Part shown: positions 30,921 to 42,113 of the stretch, piece after piece
Layout of the letters: each line of letters begins with the position of its first letter
Numbering within the stretch: position 1 is the stretch's first letter
Assembly: GCA_963806535.1 (NCBI GenBank)
Contig: CAWDYC010000006.1
Span: 125,545 to 189,544 of the forward strand
Direction of reading: 5' to 3'
Length of the DNA stretch: 64,000 nucleotides
Origin: Candidatus Bathyarchaeota archaeon
GTDB lineage: Archaea; Thermoproteota; Bathyarchaeia; Bathyarchaeales; Bathycorpusculaceae
The notes under the pieces: generated by a model
The model's input: only the letters and a program-made list of their open reading frames with translations
Told to the model about the DNA's origin: nothing
The model's database searches: none
Position numbers and translations under genes: made by a program

Positions 30921-32062
30921 GTATCTCCTTAGGTGAGAATTTGAATATATTATGTTTCTTTCCTGGAATGAGCATGCAAGTAAACGATAATGCTCATATG
31001 CTTATCAGACTCAAGGAAAGAGGCCTTAAATTAGTAATTGTAACTGGTAAGTCGATGGCTTTGAAAGGGGAAGGGAATCTTCCAATTTATGAAGACATGG
31101 ATGGCATTCCTATCCATAGACTTTATGAAAATCCTCAAGAAATGTTTCTTTTTCCAGGAAGAAGATTAAACGAGGTCTTGGAAATAGCTGAGGATCTTAA
31201 GCCTGATATAATACTTTGTGAGCCAGAGCTGAATATTAGGTTAGCACTTTTGGTTCAAAAACATCTGAAAAAACCCATAGTTCTCTTAGTTGAAAGTGCA
31301 GGACGACTTTTGTCAGGCGAAGTACATAGCACTCTTAAAATGAAAACTGTCATGTCTCTGTTTGGAATACCGCATGGCCCAAAATTCTGGTCCTGGTTAT
31401 GCGAAAAAGCCGACGTTTTGATTACAAGTAGTCCCAAAGATAACAAAATTCTCGATCAATTGTCGAAACACAATAAACCGGTATTTTATCTTCCATGGCC
31501 TTCACATATACCTGAAGGTTTCGAAAATGCCGTCAAGCGTGAAAATGGTGTTGGTCTGTATATCGGGTCACTCTATCCATTCAAAAACACACAAGAATTT
31601 GAAAAAACCTTACCGCTAATTTTGGAAAAAACGAAAACTAAACAATTTGTTGTGGTTGGGTCGGGCCCACATGCTTCTGTTGTTAGAAAAATCCAAAAAC
31701 AATACGGTCAATCAATACGTTACATAAGTCATTTGTCAAGAACTGAGTCGCTAAGATTGATGTCAGAGAGTTTCTACGCCTACACACCAATAAAAATAGG
31801 TGGATGGGGCTTCATTGGCGATTGTTGGAGTACAAAAACTCCTATTATAATGACTCATAATGATGACGATTATGTGCTTAACAATGTAAATGCTTTGGTT
31901 GCGGAAAATGAGAATGATTTTATTGAAAATATTAACCGCCTTTACAACGATAGTGAATTATATCAGAAGCTTCAGACGAATGGGTATGAAGAATACAGAA
32001 AGAGAAATGCAGCGGTCGTTGGCGACGCATTATATGATATTTTAGGGAAGGGATTACGATAA
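30869..32062 (+). CDS. Divergent GT4-like (GT-B) glycosyltransferase
   Basis: YIGSL.PFKN, VVGSGP, GWGFIGDCWS in place of the usual E-x7-E; true start probably near 30917-30940. Confidence 0.7.
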   Translation: MGKSRESLFERIRKCNVSISLGENLNILCFFPGMSMQVNDNAHMLIRLKERGLKLVIVTGKSMALKGEGNLPIYEDMDGIPIHRLYENPQEMFLFPGRRLNEVLEIAEDLKPDIILCEPELNIRLALLVQKHLKKPIVLLVESAGRLLSGEVHSTLKMKTVMSLFGIPHGPKFWSWLCEKADVLITSSPKDNKILDQLSKHNKPVFYLPWPSHIPEGFENAVKRENGVGLYIGSLYPFKNTQEFEKTLPLILEKTKTKQFVVVGSGPHASVVRKIQKQYGQSIRYISHLSRTESLRLMSESFYAYTPIKIGGWGFIGDCWSTKTPIIMTHNDDDYVLNNVNALVAENENDFIENINRLYNDSELYQKLQTNGYEEYRKRNAAVVGDALYDILGKGLR

Positions 32063-32155
32063 TAATATTTAGGGGTTTTGTATTTTTGTTGAGCAATAAC
32101 ACAGAAGTCTTAAATTACAATATCGTTTATATTAATCCTTACGATATCCGAAGGC

Positions 32156-33124
32156 ATGCTTAAGAAACATGCCTTTGCGATATGCCTTTGTTTGATAACT
32201 TGTTTCTCATCTTTAACTTTTAGCGTAATGGCTTTAAATTCAGCTCAGATCGCACTACCTTCGTATGGTAACGTTTTACTTACACCTACGTCGACTCCAA
32301 CGCCTACATCCACTCCATCGCCAACACCCACGCCTACACCTAATCCAACTGCAACCACATCACCAACTTCCACACCTCAGCCCACCACAACTCCGACACC
32401 GAGTCCAAAACCTACACCTTCTCCTACTCCAAAACCCACGTCCACTCCAACGGCAGCGCCCACATCAACACCAAAACCCACGTCTACCCCAAAACCAACA
32501 TCTTCTCCCACGCCCTCTCCTACCTCAACACCAAATCCGAACAATTTGGAGCCGCTAAACGCTTTCTACGCGGATATGAATGGTGCAGCTTCGTCGTATG
32601 CGTCGCTTGACACTACAGTTCAGCATAATGGGTATCCAAGCATCAAAGTGGGTCCAGATTACGTTCGAGGCACACGGGAAGTTGATGGAACATGGATAAG
32701 CGTAAAACCTGGCGACCATATAGTGTTTAGCTGCTGGATAAAAACGGCTGCTTTCAGTACGCCTTATACATGGGGTGAAGGTGGGAGTATTGGAATGGAT
32801 TTCTATATCCAGAGCAACTTGGGTTACGGAATAGCAACGTTGGACAGTGCAGGACATCAAGCTGGGCATCCTAGCGATGGTGAAAATGTGAATGATGTGT
32901 GCCGTGTTAAGTGGGGCCAAGATTGGACACAAGTAACCTGGGACATCCACGTACCAACACAATACTTCACTTATGTAACTATTTCAACCACTTCGCTTCC
33001 ATACGCACCTTATACCTGTAATCCAGTCCAGATTAATTCAATGGTTCCATGGTTCGAGGTTCGAGACGTAACTGATAATGCTTATGCTTGGTTTGCTAAC
33101 CCAACATTTTACGTAAACCCATAG
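32156..33124 (+). CDS. Secreted PT-linker protein with CBM-like C-terminal domain (paralog A)
   Basis: Signal peptide, PT repeats, [16 protein letters not shown] motif reminiscent of CBM4/9-type beta-sandwiches. Confidence 0.8.
   Translation: MLKKHAFAICLCLITCFSSLTFSVMALNSAQIALPSYGNVLLTPTSTPTPTSTPSPTPTPTPNPTATTSPTSTPQPTTTPTPSPKPTPSPTPKPTSTPTAAPTSTPKPTSTPKPTSSPTPSPTSTPNPNNLEPLNAFYADMNGAASSYASLDTTVQHNGYPSIKVGPDYVRGTREVDGTWISVKPGDHIVFSCWIKTAAFSTPYTWGEGGSIGMDFYIQSNLGYGIATLDSAGHQAGHPSDGENVNDVCRVKWGQDWTQVTWDIHVPTQYFTYVTISTTSLPYAPYTCNPVQINSMVPWFEVRDVTDNAYAWFANPTFYVNP
32427..32979 (+). repeat. 553-bp inverted repeat, arm 1
   Basis: Matches the reverse complement of 48660-49212; one mismatch found by eye (ACA/TCA, Thr/Ser). 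Confidence 0.92.
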
Positions 33125-33264
33125 GTTTACTTTAAAATCAAAATGTAAAATCATAGTTAACCTGCCGGCTCAAATCTGACTAAACCATTATTTTCAATTT
33201 TTCCAATCATCGAGAAAAATGTTTAGTTCAATTAGTAATCCATTAAAAAGAAGTTGAATTAGAC

Positions 33265-34356
33265 ATGAACGTTTTGTATTACATGGAACCAGAGTTACAC
33301 GCAGGCTCGCAAGGCGGCGGCGTTTCTATGGTTGCTTACAACCTAACAAAAGCTCTGGCGCACCACGCAAATGTAACCTATTTTCCTTCGTATAAGGTGA
33401 CTTCACGAAGTTATCCATTTAGACTCTTGAAAGTATTTAGCCGATTTGCAGCAAAAGACTTCAAAATTATCCATTTTAATTTCAGTCCTGTCTTGAATAA
33501 TGGAAGCTACCTCTTGCTAAGATTGGCAAACAAAACAGGTGCTAGTACCCTCTTAAATATTCACGGAATAATTCAAGTAGAATACTTGTTAGATCGTCCA
33601 CATACGCGAAAGCATCGTTCAATTATGGAAACGGCTTTAATCAATACTCTTAGGGCGTGCAAACGTGCAGACCAAATAGTCACTTACTCCGAGTTTATGA
33701 AAAACCAGATAGTCAAGTGGTATGGGCTAAGTTCCCAAGAAATTGCTGTTATCCCTAATGGAGTAAATATAAAGAAATTTACCGATTTCAATGGTCAATT
33801 TTCCTTAGACGGGGATCCGGCAATTTTGTATGTAGGTCACCTATCAAAGTTCAAAAGTGTTGACATTTTAATTAGTGCTGTTTCAAGGCTTCGTTCTCAG
33901 CTTCCTAATATGAAATTACATATTGTGGGTTGTGGCAATAAAGAGCCTGCGTTGAGGTTGCTAGCGAAGGAAAACGATGTGGGAAATATAGTCATTTTTC
34001 ATGGGCAAGCTTTTCCGGAAACTATCCCTCTATACTATAAAGCGGCAGATTTTTGTGTTTTTCCCTCTATCCGTGATTCTTTTGGTTTGACGCTTCTTGA
34101 GGCGATGGCTTCAGGCGCACCAGTAATTGCTTCTAACAGAGGTGGCACGCCAGAAGTTATTACTCAGGGTGGAGACGGTATACTTTTTGAGCCCGATGTT
34201 GATAATTCATTGGAAAACGCTATACTTTCTTTGAGTCAAAACCAAGATTTAAGAAAGAAACTTTCGAGTAATGGCTATAGAAGGGTAGCATCAAACTACA
34301 GTTGGGATAAAATTGCTCAAAAGTACTTTTCTTTGTATAAGAACCTAAGTGAATAA
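33265..34356 (+). CDS. Glycosyltransferase family 4
   Basis: IPNGV, YVGHL..FK, PSIRDSFGLTLLEAMASG. Confidence 0.92.
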   Translation: MNVLYYMEPELHAGSQGGGVSMVAYNLTKALAHHANVTYFPSYKVTSRSYPFRLLKVFSRFAAKDFKIIHFNFSPVLNNGSYLLLRLANKTGASTLLNIHGIIQVEYLLDRPHTRKHRSIMETALINTLRACKRADQIVTYSEFMKNQIVKWYGLSSQEIAVIPNGVNIKKFTDFNGQFSLDGDPAILYVGHLSKFKSVDILISAVSRLRSQLPNMKLHIVGCGNKEPALRLLAKENDVGNIVIFHGQAFPETIPLYYKAADFCVFPSIRDSFGLTLLEAMASGAPVIASNRGGTPEVITQGGDGILFEPDVDNSLENAILSLSQNQDLRKKLSSNGYRRVASNYSWDKIAQKYFSLYKNLSE

Positions 34357-34435
34357 AAATAACTTGTTAAAAATACGCATGATGTAGAATCGGATTCCTC
34401 AGGCAATATTAAAGATCGGGCTTTATCGTGATTTT

Positions 34436-35302
34436 ATGGATGTTAATATAACAGTGGCATTGTCCGTTCACAACTCTGAAGATCATATCAAATCATGTAT
34501 TGAATCTATTTTGACTCAAACCGTAAGCGCTTTTGAAGTTGTGGTCGTTGAGGATCCACCATTTGATCGCACTGAAAAAATAATCAATTCGTTCAAAGAC
34601 AACAGAATTAGATATTACAGAAATGAGATCCGACTAGGGCTTTCTGGCAGCAGAAACAAATGTTTGAAACTTTCAAAAGGAAAGTTTGTGTTTTTTACAG
34701 ATGATGATTGTGTTGTTTCTCCAGATTGGATCAGACAAGGGATGCTTTCTATTGAAGAAAAGGATTGCATAGGTGTTGAAGGTAAGACATTTTATGTATC
34801 TAAGACATACACCCCAACAATGGTGGATAATGTTGTTGAAAATAAAACTGGCGGGCAGTACCCAACATGCAATATGGTTTATAAGAAAACTGTATTGGAT
34901 GAAATTGGTGGTTTTGATCCAAGATTTTCCTATATGGAAGATAGAGACCTCGCGTTGAGGGCGAAAAAGGCTGGCAGAATTGTATTTAATCCTGACATGA
35001 TTGTTTACCACCAAAAAAAGGCTTTCACCCCTAAGGAATTTGTCGCAACAGGAAAAGAAGTTCGAAACCGTGTGCTGCTTCGAAAAAAATTTAATGATAA
35101 AACCTTCTTCGCGTGGCGCATAGTCTATCCAATTAACTTATTGGCTATTCTTTGTCCTCCTCTAATTCTTAATAGTTTTTTTAGCAATAGATATAGAACC
35201 AAGGAGGATTTCGATTTATTTCCATTTGTTTATGTGAGATTAATATATGAACGCTTAACCTTCTGGGACATGTGCGTAAGAGAAAGAATTTTCTTAATTT
35301 AA
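34436..35302 (+). CDS. Glycosyltransferase family 2
   Basis: GLSGSRN, FTDDD, TCNM, GGFD, EDRDL. Confidence 0.9.
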   Translation: MDVNITVALSVHNSEDHIKSCIESILTQTVSAFEVVVVEDPPFDRTEKIINSFKDNRIRYYRNEIRLGLSGSRNKCLKLSKGKFVFFTDDDCVVSPDWIRQGMLSIEEKDCIGVEGKTFYVSKTYTPTMVDNVVENKTGGQYPTCNMVYKKTVLDEIGGFDPRFSYMEDRDLALRAKKAGRIVFNPDMIVYHQKKAFTPKEFVATGKEVRNRVLLRKKFNDKTFFAWRIVYPINLLAILCPPLILNSFFSNRYRTKEDFDLFPFVYVRLIYERLTFWDMCVRERIFLI

Positions 35303-35391
35303 CGTTGAAAACTTAAGAAATAAAAAACTAATTGTTGGCTGAGGAAAATTTGGAGTAAAATGGAATAAATAAAAATTGGGCTGATTGCAAG

Positions 35392-36300
35392 ATGCAAACT
35401 ACACCTGTCGAGAATAAGAAAAGTGAACCTTTTTTGAATCAAACTATTTCCTTTATTCCTGAGCCAACAATAAGTGTTGTAATTGTTAACTACAACAGAC
35501 CCCGCGAAGTTAGGGACGCGGTTGAAAGCTTGCTAAATCAATCTAGTAAACCTTTTGAAATCATTATAATAGATGATGCTTCTACCCCTCCTTTGGACAT
35601 GAAAACGTATAATTCTAAAATTAAAATAGTAAGATTTGATAGAGAAGTGGGCCTAAGTGCCTCAAGAAATTATGGCATAAATATTGCAACGGGAGACTTT
35701 GTGGCCTTTATTGATGATGATTGCATAGCCAGTAAGCAGTGGATTAAAGAAATTCAAAACGGAATTAACGCGGGTGCCGAAATATTGGGAGGTACCCTAA
35801 AACCATTTTTTAAGGCAACACCTCCGAAATGGTGGAATGAAGATGACCTAGGTTATTTTGTGGGTGTAGGAAATTCTGAAAAACAGCAAATTTGGGGCGC
35901 AAATATGATTTTTAAGAAAGAAGTATTTCAAAAAATCGGTGTTTTCAATCCAAATATAGGCAGACAAAAAGGAAAACTCCTAGCATTTGAAGACACAATT
36001 CTAATTTCTAAGGGTAAAGAGAATTTCAAAACACTATTCTTGCCAAATGCTTTGGTTTTACATTTGGTAAATGCTCGAAGGTTAACTCTTAGGTATATAA
36101 TTCGCTGGTCTTATAATCATGGAAGAAGCCGAAGAATCTCATTGGATTACGGCAAACTATCATTAGGGCATTCTTTGGCGGCGTCATCATTCTCTATCTT
36201 TAAGGCTATGATATTGTTGCTTGCCCCCATAAAATCTAAGAAGTCGTTCAAGATAATTCAAGTTTCAACTATGGTTGAATCATTCGGGTTTTTAATATAA
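35392..36300 (+). CDS. Glycosyltransferase family 2
   Basis: IDDAS, GLSASRN, FIDDD, GANM, FED. Confidence 0.9.
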   Translation: MQTTPVENKKSEPFLNQTISFIPEPTISVVIVNYNRPREVRDAVESLLNQSSKPFEIIIIDDASTPPLDMKTYNSKIKIVRFDREVGLSASRNYGINIATGDFVAFIDDDCIASKQWIKEIQNGINAGAEILGGTLKPFFKATPPKWWNEDDLGYFVGVGNSEKQQIWGANMIFKKEVFQKIGVFNPNIGRQKGKLLAFEDTILISKGKENFKTLFLPNALVLHLVNARRLTLRYIIRWSYNHGRSRRISLDYGKLSLGHSLAASSFSIFKAMILLLAPIKSKKSFKIIQVSTMVESFGFLI

Positions 36301-36382
36301 TAGTCAAAACCCGTTTATCAGAAAATTGCGGACGAAAAGCGATTATCCCCCATTAATTTGAGTGAGTAGGAGACTTTCCTAA

Positions 36383-37555
36383 TTGATTATTTGTCATGTT
36401 TGGCCCATCTTTTTCCCCATTGATGTAGCGGGTGTGGAACGTTACATATTGAATTTGTCTGACTTCTTGTCAAAACAAGATGAAAATCTGCATTTTCAAT
36501 TACTTACAGACAAGTCTGAAATTAGTTTTCTAAAATCGTTGACAATTTCCAAAAAAGAGAGAATTAATAGCTTAGAAGTATATCGATTAGGTCCTAACTT
36601 ATCAAGCCTTGTAGTAAAGGCGTCTTACAAAGTTCTTAATCACAAACCAGAAGTCATGGAGGACTTACTTACAATTAATCTTTATAGAGAGGCTGTTAAA
36701 ACTCCAGGAATCGACAAAGTTGATATTTTTCACGTTCACGGGTTTTGGCAACCAACCTTCCCAATGGTTGGTCTAATGTTGAGCCAACATTTTCATCGCC
36801 CCTTAGTTGTCACCCTTCATGGCGACTCCGTTGACCCAAATAATTCTTACTCTATGCCTCTAAGGTCTCCAAAAACAATTAAGGTGCTTAGTAGCGCTGC
36901 CGTTATAACTACATATTCACAAGATGCACTGAATACTCTTAAGGAATTAGGGTTGGTTCAAAAAAGTAGGTTAATACCTAATTTTGTTGAAGGAACACTA
37001 TTCAGTCGTCCATCCCCAAGAACTAATGATGCCGGAACACGAATAGTTATGGTGTCTAGGCTCAGTCAGGGTAAAGATCCCATAACTCCTATCCGAGCTT
37101 TTGCTCTAGCAAAAAAGGAGGTGCCTGAAGCAACTCTTCAAATTGTCGGGTATGGTCCACTTTATCCGTATATTGAAAGAATGATTCTAAAACTAAATCT
37201 TACTGGCTCAGTTACGTTAGTAGGTATGAAGTCAGATGTAAGAGACTTTTTATGGAATAATGATATCTATATTGGAACACGAGGCAGTTACATTGCTACG
37301 CTTGAAGCTTGGGCGGCTGGTCTGGCAGTTATTGCACCTAAGGCTGGAATAATGCAACAAGTAGTTTCTGATGGCAAAAATGGTTTGCTGGTGGCTCCCA
37401 ATGATATCAAGGAATATGCATCTGCAATGGCAAGATTAATGAAAGATAGACCTCTTCGAGCGGCAATTGCAAAAGATGGTTTGGAAACTTTGAAAAACCA
37501 TGATATCAGAACTATAGCGCCTTCAATAGCTAGAATCTACAAATCACTCATTTAA
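36383..37555 (+). CDS. Glycosyltransferase family 4
   Basis: GVERY, VTLHG, IPNFV, VSRL..GKD, LEAWAAG. Confidence 0.88.
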   Translation: MIICHVWPIFFPIDVAGVERYILNLSDFLSKQDENLHFQLLTDKSEISFLKSLTISKKERINSLEVYRLGPNLSSLVVKASYKVLNHKPEVMEDLLTINLYREAVKTPGIDKVDIFHVHGFWQPTFPMVGLMLSQHFHRPLVVTLHGDSVDPNNSYSMPLRSPKTIKVLSSAAVITTYSQDALNTLKELGLVQKSRLIPNFVEGTLFSRPSPRTNDAGTRIVMVSRLSQGKDPITPIRAFALAKKEVPEATLQIVGYGPLYPYIERMILKLNLTGSVTLVGMKSDVRDFLWNNDIYIGTRGSYIATLEAWAAGLAVIAPKAGIMQQVVSDGKNGLLVAPNDIKEYASAMARLMKDRPLRAAIAKDGLETLKNHDIRTIAPSIARIYKSLI

Positions 37556-37849
37556 TAAAGCTATAGCAGAAAACGTAAATGAAATAGATTTTCAATAAAT
37601 TGAAAATAAGGATTAAGTCATGGCTATCTTAACGAATTGATATGAAAATCTTAAATCCCATTTTAAATCTTGCCAATTCAATAAAAAATTAAATTGTATT
37701 TGAGCATCAGTCTTTAGATGCAGTTCCTAAAAAAAATCAAGTAATTTTGGTCTTTCAGACAATTGGGTCTCAAATTTGAGCATCAAGTTTGAAGAGTCTT
37801 AGAGATATATTCTCGCAAATTATTCAAAATCTTTGCCGAGGCCAAAAAG

Positions 37850-38938
37850 TTGTTTATTGAAAAAAATAACCGCCTTGTGTCAGTTATTGTTCTAAACTTT
37901 AATGGAGAAAAATATTTGATGCCTTGTCTTTCTTCTTTGCTAAGCAACAAATACCCAAATTTTGAAGTAATATTTGTAGACAATGCATCTACTGATTCAA
38001 GCTTAAAAATGGTCGAAAAAGCCTTTGGAAATGATAAGCGGGTCAGAATTTTCAAAAATACAAAAAATCTAGGTTTTAGTGCTGGGAACAATTTTGGTTT
38101 TAGTCAAGCACGAGGAGAATATGTTGTTTTTCTGAATAATGATACAATTGCAGATCCTAATTGGCTTGCCTCTTTGGTTGACGTAATTGAAAGAGACCAC
38201 ACCATTGGATTAGCAGGAAGTACAATTCTATCAATTGATGGCAAGAAACTTCGGGGAGCAGGTGGACTTTGGAGCGATTATCTTCTTTTTCTGTATCCTA
38301 TAGTCGCTGGAAAAGTGGGCGATTTTAAGTTTATTCCGACGATTGAAGTTTCATTTGCATCGGGTTGTTCAATGATTGCCAGAAGAGATTTTCTTGCAGA
38401 AATTGGATTATTTGATCCTGAAATACCTTACAATTATGATGATACTTTGTTATCTCTGAAAACTTGGCTGGCTGGCAAACAAGTAGTAACAGTTTCAAGT
38501 TCAAGAATATGTCACATTGGCGGCGCAACTACCAAAAAATTTTGGAATAAATATTCAACAGCTTTTTCTCTTATGAGTGCTAAAATGTGTTTAATATTTG
38601 ACGCTTATTATAAATTTACAGACTTGTTCACAGCTTTGTTCGTTCTGTATTTTTCAATTGCTGTTGAATCGGTGTTCTTAATAATAAACAGTAACTTGCC
38701 AGAAACTTTGGCAAATATTCAAGCTTCCATGTGGGTGCTTAGAAATTTTGGACATGTATGGACGAATCGATTGAAGCATTGGAGTAAGTCGAAAATCTCA
38801 CCTGAAAACTTACTTGAAAAATATGTTCGGATAAAACTTCAGTTTCCCCTTTGTGCGACGCCGTTTGGATTTAGACGCGTTTTTTACAATAATGCTTGCA
38901 GACAATACGAGAGCAAATTTCTACAAGCGGCAACTTGA
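37850..38938 (+). CDS. Glycosyltransferase family 2 (rhamnosyltransferase-like subgroup)
   Basis: VDNASTD, NLGFSAGNN, FLNND, YDD; paralog of 43543-44655. Confidence 0.9.
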   Translation: MFIEKNNRLVSVIVLNFNGEKYLMPCLSSLLSNKYPNFEVIFVDNASTDSSLKMVEKAFGNDKRVRIFKNTKNLGFSAGNNFGFSQARGEYVVFLNNDTIADPNWLASLVDVIERDHTIGLAGSTILSIDGKKLRGAGGLWSDYLLFLYPIVAGKVGDFKFIPTIEVSFASGCSMIARRDFLAEIGLFDPEIPYNYDDTLLSLKTWLAGKQVVTVSSSRICHIGGATTKKFWNKYSTAFSLMSAKMCLIFDAYYKFTDLFTALFVLYFSIAVESVFLIINSNLPETLANIQASMWVLRNFGHVWTNRLKHWSKSKISPENLLEKYVRIKLQFPLCATPFGFRRVFYNNACRQYESKFLQAAT

Positions 38939-38973
38939 ATTTGTAAAGTTTCTAACCATAAGGAGACCTTAAA

Positions 38974-39941
38974 ATGCCAAAGCTTTTTTTGACATTCGAT
39001 ACAGAGGATTTAATAAGCGAAAACTCGGTTCAAGGTCTCAAAAGACTCCTTGAAGCTCTGAAGAAATATGGGATGACAGCTTTATTTTTTATAACAGGAA
39101 ATATGGCTGAAAAACTTTCTGATTTTCCTGAAACCATAGACTTGCTAGACGAACATCAAATTGGCTATCACTCTTCAAGCCATTCCGTTCATCCGAATAT
39201 TTTCGAATTCACAGATGTGAAAGTTACTCGGACGCCATTCGAATTTCACTTATTCGAGAGACTTCTCATATCAATCCTTTAACAGGTGAGATTGAAGGGC
39301 CAGGAGGAATTAAATCGCTTCAAGCTCTTTTTCCAAAAAAACAGATTAATGCATTTCGAGCTCCCGGATACTGTTGGAGCCCCCCTCATCTGGAGGCACT
39401 TAAAAAACTAGGCATAACCCATGATTTCTCAGCACAAATCTGCATATACCCCATAAGCTATCGTGGAATAACTTTCTATCCATTCACTTCAATGCTCAAC
39501 AACTGGGATGGGTATTGGACCGGCGGAATGGGTCAACACTTTCGTCTTCAGCTATTCGTTCTTAAGCGTGAAACATCAGTTTTAACAATTCATCCAAGCA
39601 AAATGGTGAACAAATTTGACTGGGATTCAATTTACTACTCAAAAACTAAATACGTTCAACAAAATCCTAAAAAACTCATTAGACTACCAACTAAAAGCCC
39701 CATAGAAGTAGAGTATGTGTTTCATAAATTTGACTTGTTGCTCAAGCATCTATATACCCTCAAAAAAACACATCTTTTAGAAGTTACACCTAAACCAACA
39801 GCAACAAGTAGAATTTTACCCCCTACTATAAATGACCCCGAAAAATATTACAATCTTAGCATTAAATGGGCACAAGGGTATGGATACAATCCAAAGTTTA
39901 TTAAAAGCCATTTCTTCCAGTTTTTTGAGAAAACTCCATGA
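38974..39941 (+). pseudogene. Polysaccharide deacetylase (CE4/NodB-like), frameshifted
   Basis: LTFDTED, ALFFITG, HQIGYHSSSH. Adding one A at 39220-39222 opens a frame reading DVKSYSDAI...AFRAPGYCW...HDFS that is continuous with ORF 39492-39941. Confidence 0.85.
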
Positions 39942-39964
39942 AATAGTTCAGTGAAATTGAATAA

Positions 39965-41215
39965 ATGCCTAAATTTAGAAATATTTTAGTTAAGTTTTCG
40001 TTCATAGGTGATTTCCTGTCGCTCAAAGAAACGATTGCCAATACATTGCGTTATAGTGCGCGTACCCGTTCGGGAAGAGCACTCTGTTTAAGACTCGAGG
40101 ACTATCTTCGTGCTACTTCGCTTAACAGTAGTTCGAATCTGATACCCAAGGGTGCGCATTCAATAAAGGTTTCTAATATTATTAATATAGGCGGAGTAAA
40201 TTCTCAAAATGTGTACTCCTTGTCGCTTACCTATGTGGAAGCAGAAACCGCTCGACATCGCAAGCTTGTCTTAAAAACTTACCGCCCTCAAAACATAGAT
40301 CCCGTGTTAGAAGCGTACATTTACAATGAAGACCTCAGAAGATGGGTAAGAGAATTTCAGACTCTAAGAAGTCTTGGGCGTGTTGGCTTCCCTGTCCCAG
40401 AAGTATATCTTTGCGAGAATGATTCTAGTTTTCTTGGCTTCCCCTTTGTAATAATGAATAGAGAAGAAATTGTTCAAAAAATACCGACTGACTTGGATTC
40501 TTTTGCTGCTACCCTTGCCCATCTCCATAATCTTAGTGTGGCCGATTTAAAAATAGATGTTCTAAGATCTCCTGAGGACGAGTACGCCTTCGCGAGGCGT
40601 TGGCCTATTCACTTCAAGCATTATCTAAATCTTGAAAACAAACATGACAAAAGAATTAGGAAAGATTTTGATATAGCTGTACGATGGCTTGATTCAAATG
40701 CACCTAACACCTACTGTCCACAATACCGTTTGATTCATGGCGATTATCACCCAGCTAATGTCTCCTCGACCAAAGATTCTAGAATGATTGTTTTAGACTG
40801 GGAATCGGTCGAAATAGGAGATCCCGCATTCGATGTCGGTTATGCGTATCACTTTATTAAGTTTTTTAGTGATCCCACAAATCCAGATTCTGCTGAGAAA
40901 ATTGCCGAACGATTTGTATCAGAATATACGAGGAACTTTCATGGAGACATTAGTCGAAGTCTTGAATTTTACAAGATCGTTGGAATCTTAAGTATATCAA
41001 TTTATTGCAGTTCGGGCTTATCGAGTTTCACAAAAGCGTATAGTTATCACCAGCGACAAATTTTACCCACAATTCCCTTTCTTAGTGGACTGATCATTTT
41101 TCTGGGATTTCCATTTATTCGATGGCCATGGGTGGCTCGACAGCTTGGCGCTTCGAGTGATATATATTGGTTAAGATACTTTGAAAGCTTCATTGAGAAG
41201 ACAATGAAACTGTAA
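39965..41215 (+). CDS. APH/choline-kinase-family phosphotransferase
   Basis: LVLKTY, REFQ.L, FPVPEV, LIHGDYHPAN, LDWE...GDPAFD. Confidence 0.85.
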   Translation: MPKFRNILVKFSFIGDFLSLKETIANTLRYSARTRSGRALCLRLEDYLRATSLNSSSNLIPKGAHSIKVSNIINIGGVNSQNVYSLSLTYVEAETARHRKLVLKTYRPQNIDPVLEAYIYNEDLRRWVREFQTLRSLGRVGFPVPEVYLCENDSSFLGFPFVIMNREEIVQKIPTDLDSFAATLAHLHNLSVADLKIDVLRSPEDEYAFARRWPIHFKHYLNLENKHDKRIRKDFDIAVRWLDSNAPNTYCPQYRLIHGDYHPANVSSTKDSRMIVLDWESVEIGDPAFDVGYAYHFIKFFSDPTNPDSAEKIAERFVSEYTRNFHGDISRSLEFYKIVGILSISIYCSSGLSSFTKAYSYHQRQILPTIPFLSGLIIFLGFPFIRWPWVARQLGASSDIYWLRYFESFIEKTMKL

Positions 41216-41293
41216 AAAGCGAAATTGCGCATATTTTTACGCCGTTAGAAAGGATATTCTCAAAGTCACGTAGTAATTCGAGGCTGTATTGCC

Positions 41294-42103
41294 ATGAGTC
41301 GTTTTCTTGTGCTGTATACTTTTCACCGCGTGGATTCGTTGTCTTTGCATCGCTTAATGCGCATTGCAAAAATGAATCCAAACGTTACCATTATTCCTGC
41401 TTTTGGAATAGGAATGAAAAAATCCTATCTGAACGCATTTTATTCTGGGTCACTCCGTTATCGAAAGCTAGTGAATATCGTTAGCAAAAGAGTGGATTAT
41501 GTTCGTCGTAAAACTGAAATCGATGCACTTGAAGAGTATCTTGGAAAGATAGGGTTTTCACTGCATTGCGATTCTACACCAGACGGCAAGAACAATCAGG
41601 ACTTAGCGATAGTTAATTGGTTCGTGACTCAAGGAAAGAAATATGATTTTGATTTCTTAATTTACTTCGAATATGACATGTTTACTACTCAAAACATCGA
41701 GAATTTGTATGGAGAATACTCACATTTTGATGCGGGTTTTGTGAGTTATGGGAAAGCCAATCCACTTTGGTATCATTATAACCATCCTCCTGAAGCACGC
41801 CAATCAATAATTCAGTGGCTGAGGAAACATGGATCCAGCCCCATTCCTCATTCGTGTTTTTTCCCAGGGAATATGATTTCACGAAAAGCGCTATCTCGCC
41901 TTTCAAAGGTAGATTTCCCAATTGGATTTTGCGAATTACGATTACCTTCAGTTCTGAAAGGGTTAGGATTTTCATGCGCGAAACTTAATTTTCCCATGAT
42001 AAAGTTCTGCACTAGCAAGAATCAAGGATTTTCGAAGACTGAGATTGAAAAAAATCCGGAATGCGGTATCTTTCACCCGGTATATGACGATTTTGAAGCT
42101 TAG
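41294..42103 (+). CDS. Hypothetical protein, possibly GT-A fold
   Basis: YFEYD acidic motif, CELRLPS, FHPV; glycan locus context. Confidence 0.55.
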   Translation: MSRFLVLYTFHRVDSLSLHRLMRIAKMNPNVTIIPAFGIGMKKSYLNAFYSGSLRYRKLVNIVSKRVDYVRRKTEIDALEEYLGKIGFSLHCDSTPDGKNNQDLAIVNWFVTQGKKYDFDFLIYFEYDMFTTQNIENLYGEYSHFDAGFVSYGKANPLWYHYNHPPEARQSIIQWLRKHGSSPIPHSCFFPGNMISRKALSRLSKVDFPIGFCELRLPSVLKGLGFSCAKLNFPMIKFCTSKNQGFSKTEIEKNPECGIFHPVYDDFEA

Positions 42104-42113
42104 GAGCGAGACT

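Noticed and set aside
32555-32962. Duplicated [12 protein letters not shown]... (also 48677-48967)
   Set aside because: Antisense by-product of the 553-bp repeat.
39965-41215. Aminoglycoside resistance gene
   Set aside because: Only the general APH/choline kinase fold is evident; context and paralogy point to glycan tailoring.
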